A stretch of 64,000 bases of DNA from Cyanophyceae cyanobacterium. Lineage in GTDB: Bacteria; Cyanobacteriota; Cyanobacteriia; Cyanobacteriales; Laspinemataceae. The notes under the pieces are model-generated. The model had not been told where the DNA came from. It saw nothing but the letters and a program-made list of their open reading frames with translations, and did no database searches. Shown piece by piece: positions 39,758 through 49,424 of the stretch (positions within the stretch are counted from its first letter, which is position 1; the number at the start of each line of letters is the position of its first letter). Made by a program: the position numbers and the translations under genes. The DNA is taken from positions 224,001-288,000 of the forward strand of contig JBBQFN010000001.1 in NCBI GenBank assembly GCA_038321985.1. Reading direction: 5' to 3'.

Positions 39758-39778
39758 AAAACAGTGGACAAGGGGTAG

Positions 39779-39803
39779 AAAGACGCGAACTTTCGCGTCT
39801 TTT
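39779..39803. terminator. Hairpin after the M16 peptidase gene
   Basis: AAAGACGCGAA-C-TTTCGCGTCTTT followed by T-rich sequence. Confidence 0.6.
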
Positions 39804-39916
39804 CCATTTTATCCAGACTGGAATCGCCCCCCTGAATCGATACCCCTGAAAACCACTATAAAAAAAGCGATCGCACGGTTTCTTCTTTCATAGGCTATTT
39901 ACCCTTACCTCTTAAA

Positions 39917-40708
39917 TTGAATATGAATCCATCAAATGTAGCCCTCAAGCAATTATGCCGATATTTGGCCGGCTATCAATGTGAACTGTTAGAAATTAAT
40001 GATTCTTTACTGATTGGGACGATCGCTAAGGGATTGCTGGAACTCGACTATTATGTAGATGTAGAGGATGAATTCTATGAGGAAATCCTAGAACTTCTTG
40101 CCTTCCGAGACTTTGCCCCCCTCCTCACCTCCCTACGTCTTACCGCCCCCGATGAAGGAATCAACGGTACGCGATCGTGGAATTTAGAACCTTTAACCCG
40201 AGGAGAAGGAACTTATCAAAATCTCAGAATTTTTGATATTCAACGGCCTAAACCCGGACACCGAAATCGCAGCATCCTAGGCGATTTAGCAGAAGATGGC
40301 ATCGTCGCCCGACTTTTAGATAAAATGCCAAATTTAGAACAGCTATTCATTCACTCCGCACCCACTCTGGCCTTTTTTGAACGAAACCCTCACCCATTAA
40401 AACATCTCATTATTCAAACCGGTTACGACTCCCAAAATTTTATTATAAACCTAGCACGTTCCAGTTGTTTTTCTCAACTAAAAACCCTCGACTTTACCGA
40501 CTACTCGGAAACTTATATCAAAGATTACCCACAATATCAAACCCCAAAGCAGCATTATTTAGAACTTTTTAATTCCCCTGCCCTCCCCAGTTTAGAAGTC
40601 TTAACATTAAGATATTCCCCTTTGAGGGAAGAAGAGACAGAAGAATTAAAAAAAACCCAGTTAGGAAGCCAACTAGATTTACTAAAAATCCTCTCCTGTT
40701 CGTCGTAA
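39917..40708 (+). CDS. Hypothetical protein with LRR-like LxxLxL units
   Basis: LTSLRL, LRIFDI, LEQLFI, LKHLII, LKTLDF and LEVLTL repeats. Confidence 0.6.
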   Translation: MNMNPSNVALKQLCRYLAGYQCELLEINDSLLIGTIAKGLLELDYYVDVEDEFYEEILELLAFRDFAPLLTSLRLTAPDEGINGTRSWNLEPLTRGEGTYQNLRIFDIQRPKPGHRNRSILGDLAEDGIVARLLDKMPNLEQLFIHSAPTLAFFERNPHPLKHLIIQTGYDSQNFIINLARSSCFSQLKTLDFTDYSETYIKDYPQYQTPKQHYLELFNSPALPSLEVLTLRYSPLREEETEELKKTQLGSQLDLLKILSCSS

Positions 40709-40817
40709 TAAATTCAGGGTTAATGGTTTGTCCTAGCAAACTGTTACAGAGGGATTAAAGAAAACCCAATCAGGAAGCGCCAGCTAGGGCATCGGTACCG
40801 TATTAACCTATAAAATA

Positions 40818-40883
40818 AGAAACTGGGTTTCTGTTCCGTAGCAGGTTGCCAATTATTAGCATTTTGTTAAGAAACCCAGTTTT
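40818..40883. repeat. Inverted pair of AGAAAC-type cyanobacterial repeats
   Basis: AGAAACTGGGTTTCT ... AGAAACCCAGTTTTT. Confidence 0.55.
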
Positions 40884-40986
40884 TAACCCGTACTGAAGTG
40901 ATACTCTAAACTTGCTAAAAACCTTTTCTGTAGAAAGGCAAAATTTTGCCTCTCTACAGTTGGTTTTTAAATCACGATAGGGGGGT

Positions 40987-43782
40987 TTATACTACTGATT
41001 TACCCCATTTACGCTTGGCAAAAATCAACAGCCCAATCGCCCCAATCATCCCCAACCATTGATGCGGTTCCGGTACTGCCGCAGTCATTATATCATGCGG
41101 TTGACTCAACTGTTCTTTGCCATCTTCTATTTCCCGATCAAAGCGATCGCTGCGGGATTCTGCCTCTTGCAACTGCCGCTTTTGTTCCTCGTTGACTAGC
41201 ACGATCGCCGAGGAATAGGGCGATACTATTTCATACCGTTTAGCAATAGCATGAATGGCATCTAAATCAGCTATACTTGCCCCATCAATCTGTTTAGATA
41301 AGCCCAGAATCAATTGCCTTGCAGCTAATGATCCTAATCCAGCTTTGTCTGGAACTGGCGCGGTGGCTAGGGTCTTCGATAAAGTGGCAGTCCCTCCTTT
41401 AGCTGGTGCCTCTACAAACCAACTATATCCATCTACTACACTCACGGCAGATTTGCCTAATTTGGCAGTGGTTGCAATTCGTTGCAATACCTCCTCTAAG
41501 TCCGTGGAAATGCCCCCACCAGTGCCTTGAATCGCTTGTAAGGTGCCGTCGTCATACGCCGGAGGTAATCCCCCTAAATGGACCATCCATAATGGACTGG
41601 AGAGGGTGAGCAAATCAGGGTTATCGTTGGCTAATTCATAACTGCCGCGATCGCTAATTAAGGCAACTGCATCATAATTCGTATCCCCCTGCAATTCCTG
41701 GAACTGCTGCACCATTTCCCGATAATTGAGGCTACCATAATAGGTGATTTGGGCCGGATTCAATTCCCGCATATCGTCCAGACGTAAGGGAACCGCACCG
41801 GGTGAGGCGGTTAAATAGAGGTCCGCATCGTTGTTATTCAAACGGTTATCCGCAAATCCCTTTTGTTTTAGCCAATTTACGGTTTCTGTTACTTCTTTGG
41901 CGTGCGATCGCATACTATAGGAGCGATCGAGGATTACGGCAATCCGTTTCCCTTGGGGTAAGATATAATCCGTCTCTGTTAGTGGTTTCGCCGAAATCTG
42001 GTAATCTCCGGGTAATGTTACTTGATGTGCGGTTCCAGAGGAGAGATTGGTTGCTGGCAGAAACTCGGGCAACCAGGCATCACCGAGGCGTTTTACCGTT
42101 TCTCCATTATACTGACGCTGGGTATTGCGGTTCCAAAAGACGTTGCGCTTTTCAGCCAGTTGTGGCATCGCCCAACCTTGGGGCGTTTGCATCACTTTAT
42201 ACGTTAACCAGAGGTGCTGCTTCGGCTGTTCGTGGAGGTTAGTATTGTCCCAGGAGGTGAATCGGGCGGGAATGGGAAACACTCGGAGGCGATATTGTCG
42301 CGGTCCCACTTGTTCCAACAGCGCCGGATCAATATTACGCTGAACTTGAGCATTATACACCTGTTGGGCTGCACCGCGCGGGGAAATTTGGAAGACGTAG
42401 CGATCGCTGCGATCGGCGGTTTCATTTAACCAGAGTCCGGTTAATACCGCACTTTCAGGTAAAGAAAAATAATAGAAAACTTCCTCATTTTGAGAGGTTT
42501 GGTTTTCATATACCTCATAGAGTTCTACATCCGCCCAATCTCCCCGTTCCGTTACCGTAACTTCCTGTTGAGTCAGCAAGACTCTTTGCTCATTAATATT
42601 CAATAAACCCGCTTTTGCTTCTTCCTGGTTAAAGGTAGATTGGACGGCGTGTAAAATTGTTTTGGCTTCCGCCTTTTGAATGGGAATATCAAAAAATTGC
42701 TCGTACAGGGTTTCGGCTTTTTGGCTATCCTCTCGCGACCCTTGGTACAAAAAAGGCGACATTAAACTATTGTACCAATTTTGCACCACTTGGGCAGTCG
42801 ATCTGTCCAGTCCGAGGAGGCTATGATACATTTCCCGGATGTGGTTATTGTCTTGGTTGGTACTAAGATAGCGATAGGAAAGTAAATAAGCGTTGAGGAG
42901 ACCTTGGCGAATTGTGTTAGAATTAGCTAAAATTTCTTGCCGCTCTTTATCTGTTGCACCCGGATTTTCTAATTGATTAAAGGCTTGAATTTGGGGTTGT
43001 TGTTGAAAGGCTAAAAATAGCACCATCCAAGCGGCAAGAACGATTCCTGCACCAAAAAAAGCCTGCTTTCGTCCATACTGAGTAGAAAATTTTCGGATAA
43101 TCTGATAGCCAGAATAGAGATAAAAGGTGGCGAGGGCGGATGGCATGGCCACAAATAAAGTAGCGCTAAATCCCCAGAAGAAAAAGAAGAAAGGTAGCCA
43201 CCAAATTATCTGTAGCACTTCATAGGATGACTGATTAAGGAGTCCCGGCAACCATTCAAAGCTGAAGAGGTAAATGGCAACAGAAACAGCGAGGGGAACC
43301 GCATAAAAGAGTAACAATGTGCCCAAATAGAGGCCCATTAATAACACCAAACTATGAGTACCCAGTTGTAGCCAAGCTAATTTGCGATCGCGGTAGGCAT
43401 AACCTGAGAATAATTGAAGTGCAAATGTCCCAATACAAAGGAGTGCAGTTCCTACGATTAGGTTACTGGCTGCGGTCATTTCTCGTAGCATGAATAACCG
43501 AATTAGGCACAGAAGAAATAACGGGGCTTCGACCCCATAAAATAGACGAATCAGTTGCAAGGGATGCTTTTTCAACCGCGTCCCGATCCAAGTACAGACG
43601 GTGGGAATGGCGATTAGCCCAGTTAGAGTCACGGTAAATTCTAGGGGAATTATACCCACCAGGGTTGCTAAAATCAAAGGGATTCCTACCGTAGGTAAGA
43701 TTCCCAGGTAAACAATAACTAAAAATGTGAGATTCCACCACCAAAAAATTGTGGAAAATAAACGGTGAAGCCAGACTTTCAT
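40987..43782 (-). CDS. TIGR02921-like PEP-CTERM integral membrane protein (multi-TM, VIT and vWA-like domains)
   Basis: About 7 N-terminal TMs; VIT motifs FSLPESAV and DPALLEQVG..YRLRVFP; LDRSYSM; C-terminal VPEP + TM + KRK. Confidence 0.85.
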   Translation of the reverse strand: MKVWLHRLFSTIFWWWNLTFLVIVYLGILPTVGIPLILATLVGIIPLEFTVTLTGLIAIPTVCTWIGTRLKKHPLQLIRLFYGVEAPLFLLCLIRLFMLREMTAASNLIVGTALLCIGTFALQLFSGYAYRDRKLAWLQLGTHSLVLLMGLYLGTLLLFYAVPLAVSVAIYLFSFEWLPGLLNQSSYEVLQIIWWLPFFFFFWGFSATLFVAMPSALATFYLYSGYQIIRKFSTQYGRKQAFFGAGIVLAAWMVLFLAFQQQPQIQAFNQLENPGATDKERQEILANSNTIRQGLLNAYLLSYRYLSTNQDNNHIREMYHSLLGLDRSTAQVVQNWYNSLMSPFLYQGSREDSQKAETLYEQFFDIPIQKAEAKTILHAVQSTFNQEEAKAGLLNINEQRVLLTQQEVTVTERGDWADVELYEVYENQTSQNEEVFYYFSLPESAVLTGLWLNETADRSDRYVFQISPRGAAQQVYNAQVQRNIDPALLEQVGPRQYRLRVFPIPARFTSWDNTNLHEQPKQHLWLTYKVMQTPQGWAMPQLAEKRNVFWNRNTQRQYNGETVKRLGDAWLPEFLPATNLSSGTAHQVTLPGDYQISAKPLTETDYILPQGKRIAVILDRSYSMRSHAKEVTETVNWLKQKGFADNRLNNNDADLYLTASPGAVPLRLDDMRELNPAQITYYGSLNYREMVQQFQELQGDTNYDAVALISDRGSYELANDNPDLLTLSSPLWMVHLGGLPPAYDDGTLQAIQGTGGGISTDLEEVLQRIATTAKLGKSAVSVVDGYSWFVEAPAKGGTATLSKTLATAPVPDKAGLGSLAARQLILGLSKQIDGASIADLDAIHAIAKRYEIVSPYSSAIVLVNEEQKRQLQEAESRSDRFDREIEDGKEQLSQPHDIMTAAVPEPHQWLGMIGAIGLLIFAKRKWGKSVV

Positions 43783-43956
43783 ACTGAACTCCGGACGTAA
43801 TAGGGGTAGAGGGAGAGGAAGGTAGCGAACTAACAAGCCTCTCTTCCACTATTGAATCCAGGAAAATTCAAAACGTCAAGCAAAAAGCCTCGAGGGTTCA
43901 AATCCTGGGCTGTAGAATTGCGACAACTAGCAGTTATCGCCGGCTAGTTGTCACAA

Positions 43957-44331
43957 CTACATCTTCCAAGTTGCAACTGCCAAACACCCCCAACCGAGTA
44001 AAAAGGCTGCACCACCGATTGGTGTGATCGCACCTAACCACTTGATACCGGATAAACTGAGTGTGTATAAGCTACCGGAAAAAATCAACACTCCGGCGAT
44101 GAAGGCAAATCCCGCTACTCGCAGCCAGAGAGAGGAGGTTTCAGTCTGGGTTAAGCTAAATCCCACAAATAAGAGAGCCAAGGCATGATACATTTGATAG
44201 CGTGCCGCCGTCTCGAAAATTTCGATCGCCCTCTCACTTAGTTGGGCTTTCAAGGCATGGGAAGCGAAGGCACCGGCAGCTACGGAAAGTCCGCCAAAAA
44301 TTGAGCCAGCCACCATGAAAAGTTGGGGCAT
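43957..44331 (-). CDS. DUF423 membrane protein
   Basis: GAFASH, YQMYHALAL, FSGSLY and GAITPIGG; AGGAG RBS. Confidence 0.92.
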   Translation of the reverse strand: MPQLFMVAGSIFGGLSVAAGAFASHALKAQLSERAIEIFETAARYQMYHALALLFVGFSLTQTETSSLWLRVAGFAFIAGVLIFSGSLYTLSLSGIKWLGAITPIGGAAFLLGWGCLAVATWKM

Positions 44332-44377
44332 ATAGTTTACTCCTGTTACCGTTATTGTTGCCAAACCCCATAGGGTT

Positions 44378-44806
44378 TTATCCAAAATTAAAGGAGTAGA
44401 AAATTTCGCCCCGATCGCTGACTTCAAAATCGGCGTCAAATTCTACTGCTTTTTCATCTAGAAATTTTCGAGCTTTTTTAACGGATAAACCCGTTTCCAT
44501 TGCTAACCGCATCACCGTAATTTTGCCATTCTGGTCTTGGATTACCTGATAAAAAATAGACTGAATACGCTCACGCTCGTTTTGAGTGTGCAAATGATAA
44601 CCCACCTTGTTATCCCGATACAACCCCCAAGCCATTAATCCGCCTTGAAGGGTACAAGGTAAGCCTAATAAAAAAATACAGGCTTTGAGTTCCTCTCTAT
44701 CCTGGGCGGGGGTCTCCGGGTTGCTTAACTTCTGTGTAGCAATTCCTAACACCGAGAGTCCCAGGAGCATAAGCAGTGCTGATGCTGATTTTTTTAGCCC
44801 TTTCAT
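44378..44806 (-). CDS. Hypothetical 2-TM protein with C-terminal winged-helix-like domain (paralog of 45126-45554)
   Basis: GKITVMRLAMETGLS...A.EFDADFEVSDRGEIFYSF. Confidence 0.75.
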   Translation of the reverse strand: MKGLKKSASALLMLLGLSVLGIATQKLSNPETPAQDREELKACIFLLGLPCTLQGGLMAWGLYRDNKVGYHLHTQNERERIQSIFYQVIQDQNGKITVMRLAMETGLSVKKARKFLDEKAVEFDADFEVSDRGEIFYSFNFG

Positions 44807-45125
44807 AATTCAAGTTTAATCGGTTTTATGGATCTGTATTTTTGATAAACTATGCTTTCCCTCCTCATTCTTTCTTTTCCTCTATAAACCAGTCAGTAGA
44901 AAAGGATTGAGATAGCGTTTCCCCTACTCCTGGGGCACCCCTAGGGATGAGGAGTGGGTAAAGCCTGGGGGGTATCGCGACAGATTAACGCGCAGGGTCT
45001 CTACTTCATCACCTCTGCCTCGTCCCTCATCCTACCCAGCAAAATGCAAGTGCATGGTGCATAGGATCCGCTAACTCACTCCCCAAAATGTACCTCATCA
45101 CGGCGGGAACTGTTATATTGTCTAT

Positions 45126-45554
45126 TCATACCTTAAATCGATAGACCACATCTCCGCGATCGCTCACTTCAAAATCTGCATTAAACTCTTGGGCTTGTTC
45201 TTCTAAATATTGCTTGGCTTGATGGGCGGATAGCTGAGTTTCCATCGCAAAATGCAGGACCGTAATTTGGCCGTTGCGTTCCCGAATCATTTGGAAAAAG
45301 ATGCCTTGTAAGCGATCGCTTTCCTCTTTATCCAACGCTAACTTTTTATTTTTGCCCTCGCGATAGAGACCCCAGGCTAACCATCCGCCCGCCCCGATTG
45401 CGGGAATACCCAACCCGAAGCCTACGAGGGCGAGATCTCTGCCATCATCTTGCTCATCGGGATCAGTTTGCCCTAAACCCAAGACTCCCATGATTAGACA
45501 AAGAAGTCCAAAAGCCAGTAACAAACCCGCCGCCACCGTTTTAATCGGTTTCAT
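45126..45554 (-). CDS. Hypothetical 2-TM protein with C-terminal winged-helix-like domain
   Basis: GQITVLHFAMETQLS...AQEFNADFEVSDRGDVVYRF; probable start MKPIKT. Confidence 0.75.
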   Translation of the reverse strand: MKPIKTVAAGLLLAFGLLCLIMGVLGLGQTDPDEQDDGRDLALVGFGLGIPAIGAGGWLAWGLYREGKNKKLALDKEESDRLQGIFFQMIRERNGQITVLHFAMETQLSAHQAKQYLEEQAQEFNADFEVSDRGDVVYRFKV

Positions 45555-45644
45555 AAACTTCACCGGAATTTGTAAATTTTCTCGAAATTCTAGCCTACTG
45601 TCTTGACTCTTGTCATCTGGTGTTCGGGACAGAATTTTCAATAG

Positions 45645-46331
45645 TTAGTACCGAATTGCTTCCAAAAGTCGAGAATAATAAAACCGAGTGCTTGTCATCT
45701 CTTGGCGAGCGATCGCAAAGCCATTTTTAGCCAGAATTGCGACAATATCCGCTTCTCGATGTTGGTAAGCCCGAGTGGTTTTACTGGGACCGGGAAATAA
45801 CTCACCAACCTTTTTTAATGCGCTCAGGGCCACGGTTTTCGGAGCAAAACTCAGAATTAAACGGTTTTGTGCCAAAGAACACAGATGGCCGATCATCTCC
45901 CCGGCCTTCTCTTGGGGATAGTGAATCAGCACATCCAGACAAATGACTGTATGATAGCGCCCGCTTAACGATTCTAAATCCTGTGCCGTAAAAGAAATGT
46001 TATTACTAGGACCGAACTGGGTTTTAGCCCGTTGGTATGCTTCGGCAACCATTTTTTCAGAGATATCGCTGCCATAGACCATTGCACCGCCTTGTCCGAG
46101 GGGAATACTTAGACTGCCGACACCGCAACCGGCATCACAAATGGATAAACCCTGTAAGTTGTCATCGGCTTTTAACCACCCCAGGACTCGATCAACCGTT
46201 TGTTGATGTCCCTTACGAATATCTAGCTGAACTTTATTGACCTCTTCTGTGCCATAAATTCTGCGCCAGCGGTCGAAGCCCGTCGCATTAAAATACTCCT
46301 TGACGATGGTTTTATCATCTACTGCGTTCAT
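45645..46331 (-). CDS. chlM: Mg-protoporphyrin IX methyltransferase
   Basis: YFNATGFDRWRRIYG, CDAGCGVGSL, CLDVLIHYP and SFAPKT. Confidence 0.96.
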   Translation of the reverse strand: MNAVDDKTIVKEYFNATGFDRWRRIYGTEEVNKVQLDIRKGHQQTVDRVLGWLKADDNLQGLSICDAGCGVGSLSIPLGQGGAMVYGSDISEKMVAEAYQRAKTQFGPSNNISFTAQDLESLSGRYHTVICLDVLIHYPQEKAGEMIGHLCSLAQNRLILSFAPKTVALSALKKVGELFPGPSKTTRAYQHREADIVAILAKNGFAIARQEMTSTRFYYSRLLEAIRY

Positions 46332-46437
46332 GGGGATGCCTATTGCTGTGTTGTGTCCAGCCTCTTAACTTACCACATTCTTCAAAACGAAAAGGCAGGC
46401 AGTCCCCTGCCTTTTATCCCGTTTCCGGTCCAGCTTG

Positions 46438-46812
46438 TCACTCTAGGGACAAACTGGGGATAATCGCCTCCGCCGTTGCCAGATTCGTGGCTAGGGGGGT
46501 TTGCTGAAGGTTACAGATTCGCAATAGCGCTTGGATATCGGGTTCGTGAGGTTGAGCAAACAGGGGATCAATCAGGAAAATCACGGCTTTGACCGTTCCT
46601 TCTACCACTTGTGCGGCAATTTGGGAATCTCCTCCCATCGGTCCCGATTGCATTCGTTGCACTTGGAGTCCCGTGGCTTCGTTAATTCGTGCACCTGTGG
46701 TCCCTGTGGCAATCAGATGATACTGGGAAAGGAGGACGGAATGCTTTTTAGCAAAAGCCACCATCTCATCTTTTTTGCGATCGTGGGCGATTAAGGCAAT
46801 CATTGAGGACAT
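46438..46812 (-). CDS. mgsA: Methylglyoxal synthase
   Basis: IALIAHDRKK, ATGTTG, SGPMGGD and PHEPDI. Confidence 0.95.
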   Translation of the reverse strand: MSSMIALIAHDRKKDEMVAFAKKHSVLLSQYHLIATGTTGARINEATGLQVQRMQSGPMGGDSQIAAQVVEGTVKAVIFLIDPLFAQPHEPDIQALLRICNLQQTPLATNLATAEAIIPSLSLE

Positions 46813-46899
46813 GATATTAAATCCGGCTTGCTTGCTCTTTGAGTTAGCCCCTGCCCGCGGTTGCTGTGCTTGTATCCTCAGTCTTGAGGCTGCGGGGGT

Positions 46900-48156
46900 C
46901 TAGTCCAGGGGTCCGAGTCGCTCCCAGGTTAACAGGTTTTCGGGTTCGTTGAGATGCCAGCGCAATAAGGAAGCCGGTTGACCCACATTTAACTGGGGTA
47001 AGCCGATCGCCCATCGGGGTGATTTCGTTGCCAGGGCGATCGCATCTCCGACTTCACAGAGTCCCCATTTGACTAAATTCTGTACCCCCGTTAATAGGGG
47101 AAGGGTAGTTCCGGCGAGGGTGCCATTTTCTAGGCGGGCGGTCCCATTGATGACTTCGATTTGACGGCTATCCCACGGATATACTCCATCGGGTAATCCC
47201 AAGGGCGAAAGGGCATCGCTGACGAGAAAGATCCCTTTGTAATAGTGGCTAGCCCGGAGGAGCAAGTCAATAGTAATCGGCGAAATGTGTTCGCCATCGG
47301 CAATTAACCCACATTTCACCTGGGGATGGACGATCGCCGCCCCTAATAACCCCGGTTGGCGGTGATGAATCGGTGGCATGGCATTAAAGGCATGAGTCAC
47401 CATTCGCGCACCCCGATTAAAGGCTTCCGTGGCTTGTTCAGCGGTGGCGAGGGAGTGACCCAGACTGATAGTAATCCCCAGAGCGTGCAGATAGTCTAAG
47501 GTTTCGCCACTGGGGTCTAATTCCGGGGCCAGGGTGATAATTTTCACCAGTTGGGCATAGTCTCCCAATACACTCTTGACATTTTCCAAGGTTAAGGGGA
47601 GTAAATATTCCCCTGGATGTGCGCCGCGTTTCTCAGGATTGAGGAAGGGCCCTTCTAAGTGGACTCCGCCAATTTTAGACGTCCGTTGATTTTGGGGACA
47701 AGAATATTTGGGGTTGTTGATAAATGATGACAAAGTGGCAAGCGATCGCTGAATATTTTCCACCGAAGTTGTGACTAGGGTCGGGAAAAAAACATCGACT
47801 CCTTCATGCCAGAGAAATTGACAAATTTCCTGGAGTTTGTCAAAATCAGCCAATTCTAGATTGGGAAAGGCTAATCCCAAAGCTCCATTAATTTGGAGAT
47901 CAACCCCGCCCAAGGAAACCCAGTCTCCTTCTACATCTAATAAGGCCATTTCCTGTAAATTTTCCACACAGGGAATGGGGGGCTTTTCGGTTTTCATCGG
48001 TTGAATCACGGCGATCACACCCTGTTTATCAATTCTCAGCCAGTGCAAGTCCTCATAACCGGGAAGTTGAGCGTTGATAATATCCAAGTTGGTGCAGCCG
48101 GAGATGGGCAAAATATTACGGAGGCTTGATAGTGGAGTCATCGAGTTGGTTATCAA
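46900..48156 (-). CDS. nagA: N-acetylglucosamine-6-phosphate deacetylase
   Basis: DLQING, HLEGPF, TLAPE, LGHS, THAFNAM, ADGEH and LVSDA; exact start uncertain. Confidence 0.93.
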   Translation of the reverse strand: MITNSMTPLSSLRNILPISGCTNLDIINAQLPGYEDLHWLRIDKQGVIAVIQPMKTEKPPIPCVENLQEMALLDVEGDWVSLGGVDLQINGALGLAFPNLELADFDKLQEICQFLWHEGVDVFFPTLVTTSVENIQRSLATLSSFINNPKYSCPQNQRTSKIGGVHLEGPFLNPEKRGAHPGEYLLPLTLENVKSVLGDYAQLVKIITLAPELDPSGETLDYLHALGITISLGHSLATAEQATEAFNRGARMVTHAFNAMPPIHHRQPGLLGAAIVHPQVKCGLIADGEHISPITIDLLLRASHYYKGIFLVSDALSPLGLPDGVYPWDSRQIEVINGTARLENGTLAGTTLPLLTGVQNLVKWGLCEVGDAIALATKSPRWAIGLPQLNVGQPASLLRWHLNEPENLLTWERLGPLD

Positions 48157-48189
48157 AAAGGTGAGCGCGAATTTACAGCTAAGGAGGAG

Positions 48190-48447
48190 AGTTTAGAGTT
48201 TAAATTAGGGAGTTGGGGGGTAAATTTTGAGGTAGGCTGTAGGGGTGCTTTTTCACTTTTAATCGTTGGAGTGAGTGAGTTACAAGGACTAATTGACTGA
48301 CTAAAATTGAGAGTATTTGCCGAGCTTTAAGGCGCTAACGCTAAAACCTCTTACCTTACCCTAATGTTTAAAGTTTAAATTATAAATTTTAAATTTAAAC
48401 TAGGAAATTCACCCCCTAAAATCTAAAATCTAAAATCTAACCTCTAA
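48190..48447. repeat. Degenerate heptamer (STRR-like) tracts in the divergent nagA/purE intergenic region
   Basis: TTAGAGT/TTTAAAT-type units on the left and TTTAAAT/TCTAAAA units on the right. Confidence 0.5.
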
Positions 48448-48456
48448 AAACCTCCC

Positions 48457-48978
48457 ATGAATCAACCCCAAATCAGCATTATTATGGGCAGCGATTCTGA
48501 TCTGCCTACGATGAAAGAAGCGATCGCGGTCTGTGAGGAATTTAACCTTGCGGTAGAAGTGGCGATCATCTCCGCCCATCGTACCCCGGAACGGATGGTG
48601 CAGTATGCGAAACAGGCGCACCACCGCGGACTGAAAGTGATTATCGCCGGTGCAGGAGGGGCCGCCCATCTGCCAGGGATGGTTGCCGCACTGACCCCGT
48701 TACCCGTGATTGGGGTGCCGGTATCCACTCGCCATCTTCAGGGTGTGGACTCTCTTTACTCTATTGTACAAATGCCGGGAGGAATTCCCGTGGCAACTGT
48801 GGCGATCGGGAATGCCAAAAATGCCGGATTGCTAGCGGTGCAAATTTTAGCCACCCATCAACCGGAATTGCTCGAAGTCGTGCAACAGTATCGACAAAGC
48901 CTCAGCGACTCGGTGATGTCCAAGCAAGAGCGTCTGGATCAACTGGGTTATCAAGAATATTTAACTCAGATGCCCTGA
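48457..48978 (+). CDS. purE: N5-carboxyaminoimidazole ribonucleotide mutase
   Basis: [25 protein letters not shown] and [12 protein letters not shown]. Confidence 0.97.
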   Translation: MNQPQISIIMGSDSDLPTMKEAIAVCEEFNLAVEVAIISAHRTPERMVQYAKQAHHRGLKVIIAGAGGAAHLPGMVAALTPLPVIGVPVSTRHLQGVDSLYSIVQMPGGIPVATVAIGNAKNAGLLAVQILATHQPELLEVVQQYRQSLSDSVMSKQERLDQLGYQEYLTQMP

Positions 48979-49102
48979 TTTCCCAGGGGTCCTGGGGATG
49001 CTTACCCCTAGAAATTGAGAGCATTGGGCCATAACAAGCAGCCGGTTGGGGAAAATGCCCCAGATTTTTATCTCGGGCGATCGGAACAAGCGCCTCAAAA
49101 AA

Positions 49103-49118
49103 TGTAAACTCTGATACA
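49103..49118 (+). promoter_or_regulatory. NtcA-binding site upstream of amt
   Basis: TGTA-AACTCTGA-TACA is an exact GTA-N8-TAC. Confidence 0.85.
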
Positions 49119-49424
49119 GAATGAATTTCCTAGAATTGGTGCAATCATTGTGGCTCGGAGCGTGGAGATCCGTCGGCTTTTTCCGAAAATAGGGGCGATC
49201 GCCTCCGGTATAGCTGCACTCACCGCGTCAGGTTCCGGCTGTAACCCGAGGTCCCCCTAGCTTAAGTCATTCTAGAAAATCGCCAGCTCCGAAGTCGGGA
49301 ACGTGCAAATCGGGGAAAACCTGCGATCACTAAACCATAGGCGATCGCCTATGGTTTCCACTTCAAAAGCACCCAATTTCCCAGGCCATTAACTGTGCTT
49401 GACCCATTCATAAAAAGTCCGACA

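Noticed and set aside
49140..49424. Glutamine (glnA) riboswitch in the amt leader
   Set aside because: I could not recognise the conserved glnA-motif sequence.
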